Positions 31,781 to 35,419 of a stretch of DNA of 35,419 nucleotides are shown one piece after another. Numbering within the stretch: position 1 is the stretch's first letter; every line of letters starts with the position of its first letter. The stretch spans positions 22,368,811 through 22,404,229 of the forward strand of contig NC_068981.1 of the NCBI RefSeq assembly GCF_001194135.2, in the 5' to 3' direction. The position numbers were made by a program, and so were the translations under genes. The stretch is from Octopus bimaculoides. Lineage: Eukaryota. Under the pieces are notes generated by a model. The model ran no database searches. It saw only the letters and a program-made list of their open reading frames with translations, and was not told where the DNA came from.

Positions 31781-31971
31781 TAATGAATCTAAATTTGTAT
31801 TAAACTTAATTTTGATGCAACATCTTTTTCTCCTCTTTTTTTATATAATTGTTTATGGTATATTTATACCTATAACGATATTTTTCAACTATATATATAT
31901 CGTCAGGAATCACATTAGAGCAGTAATGTATTTACATGAAGTTAAATTTTTATCCGGCATAAGATGTGCAC

Positions 31972-32204
31972 CGCGTTTCCGACGCCGGACGAGCACTCTC
32001 TGATTTCGGGTTCGGTAATATTAACCCGATTCCCTTTCAGTGTGAGGCCGGCCACGTTCGCGTATATTTTTTTTATTGTACATGTTTTGATGACGGATCC
32101 GGCACCTTTCGTGGAAGCTTCTTAGAACCGACTGACTCATGCTTGACCGCCGTTGGCACGGAACTCTTCTTCACTTCGGTCTCCGAATGTCTCGTTTGAA
32201 CATT
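31972..32204 (-). pseudogene. Isolated 28S (LSU) rRNA fragment, D7 region
   Basis: The + strand has gggttcggtaatattaacccgattccctttc and cttagaaccgactgactcatg...gaactcttcttcacttcggtctccgaatgtctcgtttgaacatt. These are the antisense of conserved eukaryotic LSU core segments. No other rDNA nearby. Confidence 0.85.
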
Positions 32205-32519
32205 TCCCCTTTCTTTCTCTGTCACCCAGCCTTGTCAAGTTTCTGAAGTGAAGGAGGGGGTATAGAAAAACGTGTGAAAAAGAAGGAAAGTGACAAGTAT
32301 TTAAGATCAAACAACACAAATATAGATAATATTCTATCGGCCTTCATTGGTTATCGAACGATTCATTAATAGGCTACGGGGCTTATTTCATTCTATATAC
32401 ACAATTTATTTGTAGTTTTGTATTTTTTGTGAGCATAAGTGTGTGTACCATGTGTTAGGCATAGACAAATATATCTACATAAATCTATACTTATATTTAT
32501 GTGTTGTGTGTTAGCTATG

Positions 32520-32568
<49 letters not shown>

Positions 32569-32570
32569 GT
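32520..32570. repeat. (TA)n microsatellite
   Basis: Seen directly. Confidence 0.95.
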
Positions 32571-33514
32571 TGGTTAATATGTTTGCGTAGTGTAATCTGA
32601 TAACAGATGAACAGAGTTCTGTATGTGTATGTATGTATATGTGTGATGGGTGTAATCGAGTGTAATCGGTAGACTTCTTGCACTGTCTTTTCTGTTTCTC
32701 TAATCGATTTTCTTTATTACTGCAACGCACATATTTTCTTTCTTTCTTTCTTTCTATCATTTTTGAAAAGCTTTATCTCCTCTTCCTCCTCCTCCTTCTC
32801 TTCCTCCTCCTCCTCTTCCTCCCCCTCCTTTCGCTTCTGCGGTTGCTCATTATAGATATATAAGTGCAAAGACTCACACTCATGGACGGAATTCAAATTT
32901 ATAAGAGACTAACTTAAAAGCCGCACTCCGTGCGGACTTGTAAGCTAGCTCCTGCGGAAGTTTAATTGGGCCTGCGGCCCAAAACTAAACGGAGCTGAAT
33001 AGCATGACTATAAAACGTCTATAACGACTATTTGCCCGGTAGTGTTTGATCAGAGGCTAAGGACGGATGAGAATTAATTCTGTAATGCAATCATTCTATT
33101 GTTCCAGTCACAAGTTGAATTCCAATTGTTGGCCAATTTGTCCCAAAGTTCTTATCTCAATGTAAAATTAACGAAGCGAATGTCATTTATCTCCCCCTTG
33201 ATCTCTGATGTCATCTGATAAACGTCAACTAAGATGGCGTGAATCAGCCAAATTTTACCTGCTAGAAATAGCAACCTAAATGCTTTTAAATCAGATCCCA
33301 ATACTGGGTGTTCAAGAACCAAATGAAGGGCAGATTTTCAATCCCGAGATCATTCTGATTCCAAAAAGATATAATATGTCTATGTAGAGCAAATGTAGAC
33401 TGAGATACAGGGATCCCAGACAGACAGAATTTCACTTTTATTAATATAGATATGACGGAATTCTGAACAGTTCAACCAACGAAATTCTACACATTATGTA
33501 GTAATCAACCCAAT

Positions 33515-33612
33515 ATCATAGTAGAAGACCTTTGCCCAAGATGCTGGCAGTGACCTCGAATTCAATGTCACATGGCTGCGGAGCGAACTTCTTAACAACA
33601 TCGTCATGTCTG
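33515..33612 (-). mobile_element. SINE family A head, degenerate
   Basis: atagtagaagacctttgcccaagatgctg...cacatggctgcggagcgaacttcttaac. Confidence 0.6.
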
Positions 33613-33627
33613 ATACACATACGCACA

Positions 33628-35407
33628 TACTGAAAAGTATGAAATTTTCACGAGGAATTTAATTTTGCGAAATTCACGAGGCTGAAATATTCTCGAAAAT
33701 AAATTCCGCGAAATTTAATTCCAAAAGGTGATAACTTTCATTCATTTTTATAAAATTTGATGGGTAGAAACGTAAGGCAAGAAAATCAACAGTTCTTTGT
33801 TATATGTTTATTTCAAATGAAAAATGTACAAAAATGAACAATCAATCAGTTAGTATTACAACATTCAATGAAATCATCTTTTTTGTTTTGAACAAAATTA
33901 GGTATACCTGTGTCTTTCCAACCTTGCAGCAAAATATTTTTATGTTTAGATGTACAATCAAATGATGACAAAACCCATTTAGCATGTAATGGTTTTACAA
34001 TTGAGAGTTTTAGATCAACATTAATATTATCTACAGGTTTACCGGAATTTAACTGTGAAGTAACTTCATCTGCATACTGTGAAATGAATTTTTGTTTTAA
34101 TTGTTGTTTGAAAAAATGCTAACCACTAATATAAAGATGTTGAAGTTCGCTTGTACATGAAGCAAGAATGTAAAAAAAATTCAAGTCCTTGCGACTTGAG
34201 TAGAGACTTGACGGCTTCTGTCTGGTGAACTTTGAAAGCATCTAAAAGGACTAGACCTTTCTGTGCAAGTTGGAGGTTGAGTTTTTCTCGTTGATCTTCG
34301 AAGTATAGACCAAGAATGTTCTCAGTGTAGATGACAATAGTGTTTACAGTAGTCCAGTGATTTTTAGAATGAATAATATTCCAATCTTTGGGGAATTTGA
34401 ATGAAGAATGACAAGAGTCTCTCTTCCTTTGGTGGATGAGTTGCGGGGGTAAAAATGTTCCAGTTGCTTGGCGTTTGTTGTTGACTCCGTGTATTTGTAC
34501 TTGTTTGGCACCTTGCTGCTCCATAGTCCAGTCTTTGACGGGGATGATAGAAAGACCAAAGTTGACGATCATAGATGGCGGGATTTTATGTTTTTCAACG
34601 ACAGTCTGTACACGACCAAGGAAGTCATCTTTAATGTTTTCGAAGCTTGATGGTAGAGTTATTGCGGCTTTGGCGCCTTTGCATTTGACGAAGCCCATGC
34701 GTTTCAGTATGAATTTAGCCCATGAGTCAGAGATGTCGATGGGACCGCCGTATTCTTTGAGTTAAATGCAGTCTTGATTTTTCACGATGCCGAGAGCTGA
34801 AGCCATCACAATAGGTTTCAACAGAAAAAACTATCGAACCACTATTACGAAGACTCTTGATATGATGTATTACATGATTGTCGAGATCTTCGCCCAGAAG
34901 TTGTCTGCTGCGTTTTGCTGGTGTTAACTCAAATACATCGTCAAAGTTTTTAGCAGACTTAAATACATTTTACAATTTCTTGACGTAACCATGAATAGTA
35001 GATTCAGACAGAAGTCAATTGACACACATGGTTAACGCGGTCTTTGATGTATAGATTATAAAATTTAGAAATCTGTTATGAAAATTCAGAAAGTTTACAT
35101 TGCCTGGCATCTTTATTCCTGAAGGAAAACACAGTAAGCGACGCAGTCACTGAACTGTATCACAGTAATTCAATACGAACAGTGAATAGGTACACATCAC
35201 TGATCGTACGTATCATTTACTATGTCAACATATAATTTTACTTGAAAGATAACTGCTTGACAAGTGCTGAAAAAGAAAAGTATTATTTGCCTAGATTTAA
35301 TAGAATAAACATTCCCCAAAAATTTTCAAGCATGTGCATTCGCGAATTTGTCTTTAAGTCCCAATTCGTGAAATTTTGTTCCTTTGAAATTGAAGTACGT
35401 TACAGTA
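33628..35407 (-). mobile_element. Defective pogo/Tigger-like (Tc1/mariner superfamily, DDE_1 type) DNA transposon, ~1.78 kb
   Basis: Imperfect TIRs: tactgaaaagtatgaaattttcacgaggaatttaattttgcgaa vs reverse complement tactgtaacgtacttcaatttcaaaggaacaaaatttcacgaa. TA at both ends. Internal transposase remnant. Confidence 0.75.
33846..35015 (-). pseudogene. pogo/Tigger-like transposase remnant (HTH + DDE)
   Basis: SESTIHGY...RQLLGEDLD..V...IKSLR...ALGIV...EYGGPI...WAKFILKRMGFVK...IPPSMIVNF...TGTFLPPQLI...FPKDW...NHW...LLDAFKVH...FIPASCTSELQ...KPLHAKW. Stops and frameshifts; first and third catalytic D lost. Confidence 0.88.
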
Positions 35408-35419
35408 TCTATATAATAT

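Noticed and set aside
1-35419. CRISPR arrays, prokaryotic operons, intact tRNA genes
   Set aside because: No repeat-spacer arrays. tRNA-like A/B boxes all belong to SINE heads. The sequence is eukaryotic repeat-rich DNA.

Overview
AT-rich, repeat-dense eukaryotic DNA with 5 assembly gaps. The SINE and RTE-derived repeat families resemble those I recall from octopus genomes, so a coleoid cephalopod is inferred but not verified by any search. No intact protein-coding gene can be supported. Recognisable content: several tRNA-derived SINE families; decayed non-LTR retrotransposons (R4/Dong-like with REL endonuclease, CRE-like, RTE); Penelope-like element (PLE) fragments (RT and GIY-YIG); a mariner MITE, a hAT MITE and a ~1.8 kb defective pogo/Tigger-like DNA transposon; a ~230 bp 28S rRNA fragment; and many microsatellites. 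The most striking signal is a set of type I hammerhead-ribozyme-like motifs (CUGANGA ... GAAA with closing stems and short, often palindromic helix III). They belong to at least four sequence families, and two families occur as inverted pairs. A few minus-strand exon-like segments with strong splice signals may belong to an unidentified spliced transcript.
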